Assembly (NCBI GenBank): GCA_965262605.1
Contig: CBDHFN010000001.1
Coordinates: forward strand, 80,566-144,565
Direction: 5' to 3'
DNA: 64,000 bases
From: Alphaproteobacteria bacterium
GTDB taxonomy: Bacteria > Pseudomonadota > Alphaproteobacteria > JASGCL01
Program-made: the position numbers and the translations under genes
Shown here: in pieces, positions 38,270 through 46,310 of the stretch
How the letters are laid out: each line of letters starts with the position of its first letter
Numbering within the stretch: the first letter of the stretch is position 1
The notes under the pieces: model-generated
The model's input: only the letters and a program-made list of their open reading frames with translations
The model's database searches: none
Told to the model about the DNA's origin: nothing

Positions 38270-39856
38270 TCAATTAGTTTTTTCAACCTCTATTAGTTCA
38301 TTTGCGATAGTCCAGAATTTTATATAATCAATTTCTTTTACGCGGACAAATTCAATTATTTCCCCCGTGGTTTTTTCATGATCGGGTAAAGCCTTAACTT
38401 TTTCGATAAAACATTTAAAAATTTCAGTGATTTTGCGCGCATAAATGAATTTATCGAAATTGGCATTTAGAATAATGCTTAATTTATGTATAATTGAATT
38501 AAGCACGATTAAATTATTAATTTTATAGCTTAATAATTTTGTATCGTGATTCAGCTGTATTTTTAATTGATTTTGCTTTATTGATAATTCATTAAATCGT
38601 TCAACAAGCCCAGACTTATCAATTCCTTTTTCCATAAAATCCATCAAATTTATTCGCTTATTATTAATATTTGTTATATCATTATTGAGTTTTTTGATAT
38701 TTGCATCGATGCCATCATAATAATTTTTAACGGCATAATAAAATTCATAATTATCAAGCATGGTGCAATTGATATGATTTAGCACCATGTCGTAAATATT
38801 TTTTGCATTTGTTCCACGGTTATTTTTACACCTGCCTATATATTTTGCGTTTTTACAAACATAAAAACTTTTTGAATGCAAAACCTTTAATGAACCGCAC
38901 TCACAAAATATTAAACTTGTTAATGGTTTTTTATGGTATGTTTTGGATTTCGGCGGGATAATATTATATTTATTTTGATGTAATTTATCTTGCACCCTGT
39001 TAAATAAAGCCTTGTCAATAATCGCCAGTTCGGGCAAATTCACTGATACCCATTCGGCTTCAGGTTTAAGAATATTTTTTGACCGACCCGTCAAAGGATC
39101 GGTTATTAATCGTTTTTTGTTATACACATAAACGCCACTATACAAGGTATTGCTTAATAAGCCATCTAATCGCTTATAGCTACCTAATATCGTATTCGTT
39201 CGCCATATATGCCCCGATGGAGACGGCACGCCTTCTTGATTTAATTTATGGCATATTTGGGACACTGGAATATTATTATCAAATTCAATAAATATCTGTT
39301 TTACAATTTTGGCTTTTTCATGATTGATTTTGCGAAACCCGCGCTCAATCTTACTGCCCTCAACCCTTATATCATTATCATAACCGTAGCATATCCCCGC
39401 GGGAATGCGCCCCTCATGCGCCCGTGCTAATTTGGCGCGTAATGAATGCGCTGAAATATTATCTATCATAAGCGCGTTAGAAGTGCCTTTAAAGCCTATA
39501 TGCAATTTTGTTATTAAGCCATCTTGCACCGAGTAGATTTTAACTTGATTATATTCGCATATATCATAAAACCTTGCCATAAATGCCATGTTCCGACTTA
39601 ACCTATCGATTGACTCGCACAGGACAATTTGATATTTATTCGTATATAAATTTGCTATTAAATCATTTACGCCCGGGCGCGTTCCATCTGTCCCAGATAT
39701 TCCATTATCATAATATTTATCCGCAATATTAAAGCTAAAATGCTTTTTTGCATATTCCATGCAAAGCCTGAATTGGTCGTCAGTGCTTTTTTTATTTTGC
39801 ATATCGGTTGAATACCTTGCATAAATAGCAATGTCATAATTTCTTTTCATGCACAT
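38270..39856 (-). CDS. large serine recombinase
   Basis: The N-terminal resolvase catalytic domain is IAIYARYSTDMQ...SIDRLSR. A recombinase domain and a Cys-rich zinc-ribbon segment (CECGS...CKN...C) follow, then a C-terminal coiled coil. 528 aa. Confidence 0.85.
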   Translation of the reverse strand: MCMKRNYDIAIYARYSTDMQNKKSTDDQFRLCMEYAKKHFSFNIADKYYDNGISGTDGTRPGVNDLIANLYTNKYQIVLCESIDRLSRNMAFMARFYDICEYNQVKIYSVQDGLITKLHIGFKGTSNALMIDNISAHSLRAKLARAHEGRIPAGICYGYDNDIRVEGSKIERGFRKINHEKAKIVKQIFIEFDNNIPVSQICHKLNQEGVPSPSGHIWRTNTILGSYKRLDGLLSNTLYSGVYVYNKKRLITDPLTGRSKNILKPEAEWVSVNLPELAIIDKALFNRVQDKLHQNKYNIIPPKSKTYHKKPLTSLIFCECGSLKVLHSKSFYVCKNAKYIGRCKNNRGTNAKNIYDMVLNHINCTMLDNYEFYYAVKNYYDGIDANIKKLNNDITNINNKRINLMDFMEKGIDKSGLVERFNELSIKQNQLKIQLNHDTKLLSYKINNLIVLNSIIHKLSIILNANFDKFIYARKITEIFKCFIEKVKALPDHEKTTGEIIEFVRVKEIDYIKFWTIANELIEVEKTN

Positions 39857-39898
39857 TTTATATATAATTCCAAATCAAATATCAATAATTTTATATTA

Positions 39899-39921
39899 CA
39901 AGTAAAAAAATTTTTTACTTG
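39899..39921. repeat. 23-nt palindrome upstream of the serine recombinase gene
   Basis: CAAGTAAAAAA-a-TTTTTTACTTG, 43 nt upstream of the recombinase start. The half-site CAAGTAAAAAAA recurs at 43349-43360, 33 nt upstream of the second recombinase gene. Confidence 0.5.
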
Positions 39922-39986
39922 ATTCCATAATAAAAATAATATATCTATTAGGGTATCTTTGGAATAAAATTAGAAATAAAAGGATT

Positions 39987-39998
39987 TACTTCCCACCA
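39987..39998 (+). repeat. direct repeat of the tRNA-Val 3' end (att-like)
   Basis: TACTTCCCACCA is identical to 31100-31111. Confidence 0.5.
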
Positions 39999-40113
39999 TC
40001 TAAACTCGTGATTCATTATAACCTATGGCGGAAAGTAAGTCAACACAATAATTTTGTGAAGGGGTGTTTTTACGATTATTTATTCAAAATCGTTTAATTC
40101 ATAAAAATTTAAA

Positions 40114-40177
40114 ATAAAAAACCCAAGATTGGCGTCTTGGGCTTTTCTGGAATGCTATAAGCAACCCCGTAATTAAT
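40114..40177 (-). ncRNA. candidate ~60-nt small RNA
   Basis: It lies downstream of a consensus minus-strand promoter. It has no ATG-initiated ORF. It ends in the hairpin CCCAAGA-cgccaa-TCTTGGG (40122-40141) followed by TTTTTTATTTT on the minus strand. It is transcribed divergently from the Rep-like gene at 40273. Confidence 0.3.
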
Positions 40178-40183
40178 AAGGGT

Positions 40184-40211
40184 ATTATAGCTAATGGGGA
40201 AGTGTTGTCAA
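40184..40211 (-). promoter_or_regulatory. consensus sigma70 promoter (minus strand)
   Basis: The reverse complement reads TTGACA-acacttccccattagc-TATAAT, with both hexamers perfect and a 16-nt spacer. Confidence 0.5.
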
Positions 40212-40272
40212 GTGTTATTTAATATTTTGCAATATTTTTTTATTACGATTGCCTTTCTCTTAGGAGAATATA

Positions 40273-41445
40273 ATGCCTACTACCCAAGCTAAGCAAGCAG
40301 GCTTAGCAAAATACTATGATATATCAAAGGTCAAGTTCATTTTAATGTCAGATTTAGGGAATGCACAAATATTAGGTTCGGTTAAGCAGTTAACGGCGCT
40401 TGGTTATTTAATGCGGGAAATTTGGCTTAATGGCGGTGAATTAAAGATTGCGCATGAATTTATAGCCATTCATTGTAAAATATCGGTTGCTACGGTAAGA
40501 CGGGCGATAAATTACGCTATTGTCAATAAATTACTGGATATTCACAAGGATTTTATTTGCAATAAACAATCTGCCAATCATTATATTTTGACGAATAAGT
40601 CAACGCAAGTTTTAAATAAATATTATGCTGAAATGGGGGTGCAAGAGCATTCTGCTGCCTGCTCAAATTTGAACAACAGATATAATAGTTTAAAGTATAC
40701 AGATAATAATAAATCAGTAGTATCAGGACAAGGCGATAATACTGATTTTATTATTTCACAAGAAAGATTAATAAAAACCACGATTGACGATTGCCCAGAA
40801 ATTCAAGAAGCAATATTAATCGCGCCGATAGATGAAATGAATAAAATTATATCTATCAAGCAAGCCGACTTAACGCGGGCGATGGTGCATCATCCGAAAT
40901 TATCGTTATTATGCTTGGTTGCGACATATTGGTATAATAAATTTGGCACGCGGGCAATAACGAATCCCAGCGCATTTTTTGCGTGGTTAAGATGGAAAGC
41001 AAGCAAAACCCAGCAACAAGAATTTGTAATCAAAGGCTTTAATTGTTTTAATTTACGCATTGAATTAGCAGAATATAAACAAAATAGTGAATTAAAAGCG
41101 ATAGCAATTAAACATGATAATTGCGATAAAATCAATGATTTAATTGCACCAATTGAAGTGCAAGATTTAATGCAAAAATTTGTAAAAGATTCGCCAATTT
41201 TGGACGCAAGGCTTGAAAAGCAATATAGGATAGTTAAATCCCAAGTGCAACATAATTTAAGTATAGAAAAGTCAAGAAAATTTAATGAAATAAAGCCCTT
41301 GGGCATGGTGAATGGGTGTTTAATTTTACGCGCAAGCTCCGATGAAATTTTAATTTTTTCAAAAATACATCACGAATTTTTGCTTAAATTTCAATCAGAA
41401 AACATGCAAATACAATCTATTAAATTCATTAAGACAGGAGAGTAG
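40273..41445 (+). CDS. winged-helix DNA-binding protein, putative replication-initiator/regulator (paralog of 31355..32497)
   Basis: 390 aa with wHTH-like IAIHCKISVATVRRAINYAIVNKLL. It shares the block NPSAFFAWLRWKASKTQQQEF with the paralog. The C-terminal pattern is DnaA_N-like (GCLILRASSDEILIFSKIHHEFLLKF). AGGAGA RBS. Confidence 0.45.
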   Translation: MPTTQAKQAGLAKYYDISKVKFILMSDLGNAQILGSVKQLTALGYLMREIWLNGGELKIAHEFIAIHCKISVATVRRAINYAIVNKLLDIHKDFICNKQSANHYILTNKSTQVLNKYYAEMGVQEHSAACSNLNNRYNSLKYTDNNKSVVSGQGDNTDFIISQERLIKTTIDDCPEIQEAILIAPIDEMNKIISIKQADLTRAMVHHPKLSLLCLVATYWYNKFGTRAITNPSAFFAWLRWKASKTQQQEFVIKGFNCFNLRIELAEYKQNSELKAIAIKHDNCDKINDLIAPIEVQDLMQKFVKDSPILDARLEKQYRIVKSQVQHNLSIEKSRKFNEIKPLGMVNGCLILRASSDEILIFSKIHHEFLLKFQSENMQIQSIKFIKTGE

Positions 41446-41447
41446 TT

Positions 41448-41729
41448 ATGGCAAAACATAAACCCACTGAAACTCAATTAATGCAATTATTAAAAGCAAG
41501 GCAAGAATTTATAGCATTATCAAAAGAACATGGTTATTTGAATAAATTTTGCGAAGCGCACCAATATAATTATGATTCATTAAAAAATTTAAGGTCTTTA
41601 AAAGTTAGATGCCCTTTTACTTGTGATAAAATTCTTGAAATTAATAAACAAATTATAGAGCATAAAAAAATCCTTAGTTATGAGGCGTATTTTAAAATTG
41701 CGCAGATGGATATTTTAGATTTTTTATAA
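41448..41729 (+). CDS. hypothetical small protein
   Basis: 93-aa ORF starting 2 nt after the Rep-like gene. No motif recognised. Confidence 0.3.
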   Translation: MAKHKPTETQLMQLLKARQEFIALSKEHGYLNKFCEAHQYNYDSLKNLRSLKVRCPFTCDKILEINKQIIEHKKILSYEAYFKIAQMDILDFL

Positions 41730-41732
41730 AAA

Positions 41733-43316
41733 TCAAGCAATTTTTTTAGCCGTCAGATAAAAATCAATATAATTTGGTTTTTCTTTTGGGATAATATTGA
41801 CATGCACGCCAAAATGTTTTTGATGGTCTGGTGTCATGGTAATTTTTTCAATTAAGCATTTAATCATTGAATTTATGGGTTCATGGTGCAAAGAATTATC
41901 ATATTCAAGATGAATTTTTTGTATGGTTTTAATGTATAATTGCTGAAATTCAATAAAATTATTAGGGCAATATACGTGCAATAATTTTTCATTTTCAATT
42001 TTTGCATGTAGTCTTTTATGCAAAAATGATAATTTATTAATTTTATTGATAGTGGTATCAGATTTTTCAAGCCCGCTAGTGATAGCTTCCATAAGATTAT
42101 CCATTTGAATTTGCAAGTTAGATAAGTCTTGCTTCATTTTCATGATATTATTATCAATATCATGAAAATAAGATGCTATGTCATTGAAAATTGCTTTGTG
42201 GTTGCTATGGCAAAAATTAATATGCTCATATATAAGTTCAAAGAAATCACTCTCTTTTTTGCCACGATAATTTTTGCAAGCTTTGGTTACGCGCGCTGTG
42301 CTACAAACATATCTTGATAAATTAGCAATCGTGGCGTGCGCACCGCATTCGGTGCAATAAATTAAATGCGTTAAAGGGCGAGTAGATTCGGTTAATCTCG
42401 GGGCGACTTTTTCGTTTTTTTCTTTGGGGATTCTGTCGGGCTTTTGGAATATCCTGTGTTGCACCCGTTCCCATAAATCTTTTTCTATAATTCTAAGATG
42501 TTCAACATTAATAATATTCCAAACATCCAAAGGTTTAATTTTATGATGGCTTTTGCCAGTTATTGGGTTTACTTTACGATGGGTTCGGTTATATATGTAT
42601 ATCCCATTGTATAATTCGCAACATAAAATTCCTTCACGGCGCACATAATTAACGAATAAATTATTTATTTTCCAAAGTCCACCGCGCGGATTAGGAATAT
42701 TATCGCCATTTAACTTTTGACAAATTGAATAAAGTGATAATCCATTAGCATAATCAGTAAAAATTTTTTTGATAATTTCGGCTTCGTGCGGGACAATGGC
42801 GCGGTAGCCCCTTTGCACGCGCCCTCGTTCATCAATTTTTGGGGCGACAACATAACCATAACGATTGCCAACAATTCTGCCCTCCATTGCCCTTGCAGAA
42901 GAACCGCGCCATGTTTTTTGTTTGATTGTTTTAATTTGCAAGGCGTTCATTGTGCCTTTTAAGCCAACATGCAATTCGTTAATTTCACCCTCATTGACCG
43001 ATTGGATTTTTATGTCATAAAATTCACAAGTTTCATAAAACAATCCCATACTGCTTATGCGTCTTGAAAGCCTGTCAATATCTTCAACAATAACCTTATC
43101 TACCGAATTTTTTTTATCAGAAATAAAATTAATCAAGCTTTTCATGCCTTTTCGGTTATCAGAAGTTCCCGAAATTGCCTCATCAGAAAATTCTTTCGCA
43201 ATGTAAGCATTGGGGTAATTTTTGGTAATATAAGCACGGCAAAGTGCAATTTGGTCTTTGGCTGATTTATCATTTTGTAAATCAGAACTAAATCGGGCGT
43301 AAATAACAATGTTCAT
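41733..43316 (-). CDS. large serine recombinase (paralog of 38270..39856)
   Basis: N-terminal IVIYARFSSDLQ...DIDRLSRR, a recombinase domain, a zinc-ribbon-like CTECGA...C...CKN segment and a C-terminal coiled coil. 527 aa. Confidence 0.85.
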   Translation of the reverse strand: MNIVIYARFSSDLQNDKSAKDQIALCRAYITKNYPNAYIAKEFSDEAISGTSDNRKGMKSLINFISDKKNSVDKVIVEDIDRLSRRISSMGLFYETCEFYDIKIQSVNEGEINELHVGLKGTMNALQIKTIKQKTWRGSSARAMEGRIVGNRYGYVVAPKIDERGRVQRGYRAIVPHEAEIIKKIFTDYANGLSLYSICQKLNGDNIPNPRGGLWKINNLFVNYVRREGILCCELYNGIYIYNRTHRKVNPITGKSHHKIKPLDVWNIINVEHLRIIEKDLWERVQHRIFQKPDRIPKEKNEKVAPRLTESTRPLTHLIYCTECGAHATIANLSRYVCSTARVTKACKNYRGKKESDFFELIYEHINFCHSNHKAIFNDIASYFHDIDNNIMKMKQDLSNLQIQMDNLMEAITSGLEKSDTTINKINKLSFLHKRLHAKIENEKLLHVYCPNNFIEFQQLYIKTIQKIHLEYDNSLHHEPINSMIKCLIEKITMTPDHQKHFGVHVNIIPKEKPNYIDFYLTAKKIA

Positions 43317-43400
43317 AAATATATGAATGCTGAAATTTTGGCATGAGTCAAGTAAAAAAACAATTTAAATATGTATTTTAAATATATGATAAATAATAAT

Positions 43401-44040
43401 ATAACTTAAAATATCCTTAAATAACTTAATATAACTATAAATAGCACAAAATAACTAAAATCAACCAAAAATAACTTTAAACAATTAGAATGCACCAAGC
43501 AATAACTTTTAGTAACCTTGTATATATTTTATTATCCAAAAATAACTGAAAATAACTGAAAATAACTAATAGCTAACTTAAAATAACTTTAAGGGTAATG
43601 CGCACACTGAGCATGGAGAATTTTGACAAAAATTGCGATAATTTATTGATGAAAATCAAAAAATAATAATTTTTATTGACGAATATTTAACTTAAAATAA
43701 CCTTACATAACTTAAATTAACCAAAAATAACATCATGAACCGACCAGCTAACTTTAAATAACCTTGCATAACTTTAAATAACTTTGGTATTTTTTTACTG
43801 AATTTATTAAGATTAACGCGCAAAAATAAAGGCATTTTTTATTAAAAATTGGGTAAATTATTCTTTGTTTTTACCAAAATCTGAAGAATAATTAACTTAA
43901 AATAACCTTGCATAACTTTAATTAACCATTAAGAACCTAATTTAACCTTAATTAACCAAGTAATGATAGTCTATAACCATAAATAACTATTCATAACTTT
44001 TGATAACTTTATCCAAAAATCCCATAACTTTAAATAACCC
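43401..44040 (+). repeat. phased array of ~34 same-orientation (A/T)TAAC(T/C)T motifs in three clusters
   Basis: Examples are AAAATAACTGAAAATAACTGAAAATAACTAAT and the composite TAACTTAAAATAACCTT(A/G)CATAACTT(T)AA, which occurs three times (~43688, ~43750, ~43895). Spacing is mostly 9-12 bp. The region is non-coding, and the only ORF (43971..44225, minus strand) looks spurious. Confidence 0.65.
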
Positions 44041-44312
44041 AAAAAAATTAAGGCAGGATATGTCAAGGTATGCACCTTTACCCTGCCCATTTTGATTATC
44101 AAAATCTTATGCGCATATATGCTTAACGGGGGGATTTTAACATTGCATGGAAATAAAAAAACAAATAATTTATATTCCTTCAAATTATTAATACAATATA
44201 AATCTAATTCATAATTAGTAATCAAATTTTTTTTAATCAGTTTTTTGTAAAAATTATTTATTGAAATTATTTTATACTTCTATAATAATAAAAATAAGGA
44301 ACAAGGAAAATC

Positions 44313-44708
44313 ATGATGAAAGATTTTGATAAATGGAGCAGGCAAAAACAAGCCATTGATGCCAGAAATACTAATAGTTTACCAAAATTTAGCGAACGCG
44401 AGGTTTGGTGGTGCAATGTTGGATTAAATATTGGTTCAGAAATTTATGGCAAAGGCGATTATTTCACCCGCCCAGTATTGATTTTGAGAAAAATAAATGC
44501 CCAGAATTTTATTGGAATACCTACATCAACAAATATGCAAAAAAATATTATATTTTATCCCATCTCGCTTGATGGTCAAGAAACTGATATTTGCTTTAAT
44601 CAAATACGAACTTTTTCAACGAAACGACTATCAAGCAAAATTGAAAAAATTAATGCACAAAAATTTCAAGATATAAAACAAAAATTTGCAGAATATTTGG
44701 GGATTTAA
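44313..44708 (+). CDS. PemK/MazF-like toxin-fold protein without an adjacent antitoxin gene
   Basis: 131 aa. EREVWWCNVGLNIGSEIYGKGDYFTRPVLILRK matches the MazF/PemK pattern (G-D/E-I/V-W-W-x-x-x-G-x-E...RP-x-L-I-L). AAGGAA RBS. No small ORF lies within 90 nt upstream or downstream. Confidence 0.5.
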   Translation: MMKDFDKWSRQKQAIDARNTNSLPKFSEREVWWCNVGLNIGSEIYGKGDYFTRPVLILRKINAQNFIGIPTSTNMQKNIIFYPISLDGQETDICFNQIRTFSTKRLSSKIEKINAQKFQDIKQKFAEYLGI

Positions 44709-44715
44709 AAAATGG

Positions 44716-44743
44716 ACCCCGCTTAGTTTAACCCAAGCGGGGT
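44716..44743. terminator. bidirectional hairpin terminator
   Basis: ACCCCGCTT-agtttaaccc-AAGCGGGGT starts 8 nt after the MazF-like stop. On the minus strand it is followed by CCATTTTTT, about 95 nt downstream of the relaxase stop. Confidence 0.45.
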
Positions 44744-44836
44744 ATCGCCTTTCGGCAAGTTATGATTAACATATAACAACTAACCCCGTAATTGTCAAGG
44801 TAAAATTACGAAAAATTTATTTTTAAAATCTTCCAA

Positions 44837-45928
44837 TCACTCCCCCAGTCCCGCGATAATGGCGATGGATTTTTGGTGAAATTTCATGATGGCAAGGGCG
44901 AGAAGGTCGCCCTCCATGCTCAGATATTGCAGGTAAAGCTTGAATGAATTGGTGAATATGCCCGCTTGTTTAAGTTGCTTGTTTGATACGAATGATGGGC
45001 GTTTCATGGCTTGGAATTTTTGGAAATATTGCGTGGTTTTGGGGTGCTTGGTGATGGGCTTGGCTTCAAATTTTGTGGTATTATCAGAAATGGCAAATAA
45101 TTTATCAGATACCTTAAATCCGCCAAATTGCTTTTCAAGCGCGTTTTTGGCAAATTCACGCCCGCAATCTGATGCTTTAATATGTTTTTTGGAATGCAAA
45201 TCGCCGATGGCTAAACCATTCGCCGATTTTTTAATGGTCAAGCCGACTTTGGCAAAGCCTGTGTGAATTTCTTGCCATGATTGCGCCGTTGCAATGATTT
45301 CTTGCAAAAAAGGCTTGTGTTCTTGGCAATAACTATAAAAGCTTTGTTGCCACGAATGCGCTTCAATATCATTCGCGATATTTTGAATTTTGCTTTTGCG
45401 TTCAGGGGAATCGCTCATGCCATTGTCAATTTGGAATCCATGTTTTAATTCCATGGCGCGTGAAGTTTTTTCAAGATTTAGAAAATCAAAACTCGGCGCA
45501 TGGCATTTAAGCGTTGCCGGATGCACCCGATTTATCGCGACATGAATATGGGTATGAATCGTGTTAATATGGCACGCGACAAGCCTTTGGTGGTCAGCAA
45601 ACCCCAAAGCGCGACAATATTCATTGACTATATCGGTGGTTTGGGCAAAGTTCGGTTGTTCGCGTTCATGAAACGAAATAATTAAATGATAATTTTTATC
45701 GCTTGTTTGCGAATTATTCAGGCTTTGGGTAAAATTTACCTCACTTATCATTGCCTCTAAATTGTCAAGCGCAAAATTGCTATCATGCTCATTTTGGCTT
45801 GCGCTAAGGTTTTGCGAGTATAAAAATTGCAATTTTTCGCCTTTGTCAAGGATATTCGCGATATAACGGGCTAAATTACCAAAGCTTGATTTTATTTCAA
45901 TTTTCTTGGCAATTTTCTTGGCTATCAT
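44837..45928 (-). CDS. relaxase/mobilization nuclease (MOBP, VirD2/TraI-RP4-type)
   Basis: 363 aa with an N-terminal Tyr context (FGNLARYIAN) and the histidine triad CHINTIHTHIHVAINRV. Confidence 0.8.
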   Translation of the reverse strand: MIAKKIAKKIEIKSSFGNLARYIANILDKGEKLQFLYSQNLSASQNEHDSNFALDNLEAMISEVNFTQSLNNSQTSDKNYHLIISFHEREQPNFAQTTDIVNEYCRALGFADHQRLVACHINTIHTHIHVAINRVHPATLKCHAPSFDFLNLEKTSRAMELKHGFQIDNGMSDSPERKSKIQNIANDIEAHSWQQSFYSYCQEHKPFLQEIIATAQSWQEIHTGFAKVGLTIKKSANGLAIGDLHSKKHIKASDCGREFAKNALEKQFGGFKVSDKLFAISDNTTKFEAKPITKHPKTTQYFQKFQAMKRPSFVSNKQLKQAGIFTNSFKLYLQYLSMEGDLLALAIMKFHQKSIAIIAGLGE

Positions 45929-45929
45929 G

Positions 45930-46310
45930 CTATTTCACAATTTTTAAGGCGGTAATATTTTGCACTAATTCTTTAAGTTGCGTGTGATGAATGGCAATAT
46001 CGCGCGAAATTTGCACCAAAGGTTCGGCTTTTTTATGGTCGTCAAGGGCTTCAATCGCCAGCTTGAATAAATTGCCCAAACGGGCAATATCCGCGTTGGT
46101 TTTAAACAAAGCGCGGGCAAAATCGCGATAAACCAGCAAATCCGCGTTGGGCGTTGGCATGTTCGCGCCCAAAAATAACCGCCGAATTAATTCTGCGCGC
46201 GAAATTCGGTATGCCTGTGCCAAGTCCGAAACATGCCCAAATTCGCGTTGGCTTAGCTTGATGGCAAATTTGCGCGATTTCTTTAATTCGTTGCTTAGCA
46301 AGGCTTTCAT
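45930..46310 (-). CDS. mobC: MobC-family relaxosome accessory protein
   Basis: 126 aa, immediately upstream of and coupled to the relaxase gene. The pattern RKFAIKLSQREFGHVSDLAQAYRISRAELIRRL is typical of MobC. Confidence 0.6.
   Translation of the reverse strand: MKALLSNELKKSRKFAIKLSQREFGHVSDLAQAYRISRAELIRRLFLGANMPTPNADLLVYRDFARALFKTNADIARLGNLFKLAIEALDDHKKAEPLVQISRDIAIHHTQLKELVQNITALKIVK

Larger units (their letters stand above)
31112..39998. mobile_element. putative integrative mobilizable element (~8.9 kb) at the 3' end of tRNA-Val
   Basis: It starts immediately after the tRNA-Val CCA. It ends at an exact 12-nt copy (39987-39998) of the tRNA 3' end TACTTCCCACCA. It contains a relaxase with an oriT-like region, a TraD-like gene and a large serine recombinase at the distal end. 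Confidence 0.45.
40163..44793. mobile_element. putative small nested element (Rep-like gene, serine recombinase, TAAC array, MazF-like toxin)
   Basis: It is bounded by identical 12-mers AACCCCGTAATT (40163-40174 and 44782-44793). Deleting it would place the minus-strand terminator at 40122-40141 about 100 nt downstream of the MOBP relaxase stop. The boundaries are tentative. Confidence 0.3.

Noticed and set aside
43401-44040. CRISPR array
   Set aside because: The repeat unit is only ~7-10 nt. There are no uniform 25-40-nt repeats with unique spacers. No cas genes are present in the window.
43971-44225. 84-aa minus-strand ORF
   Set aside because: It lies inside the TAAC motif array, has low-complexity sequence and lacks an RBS. 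Likely spurious.
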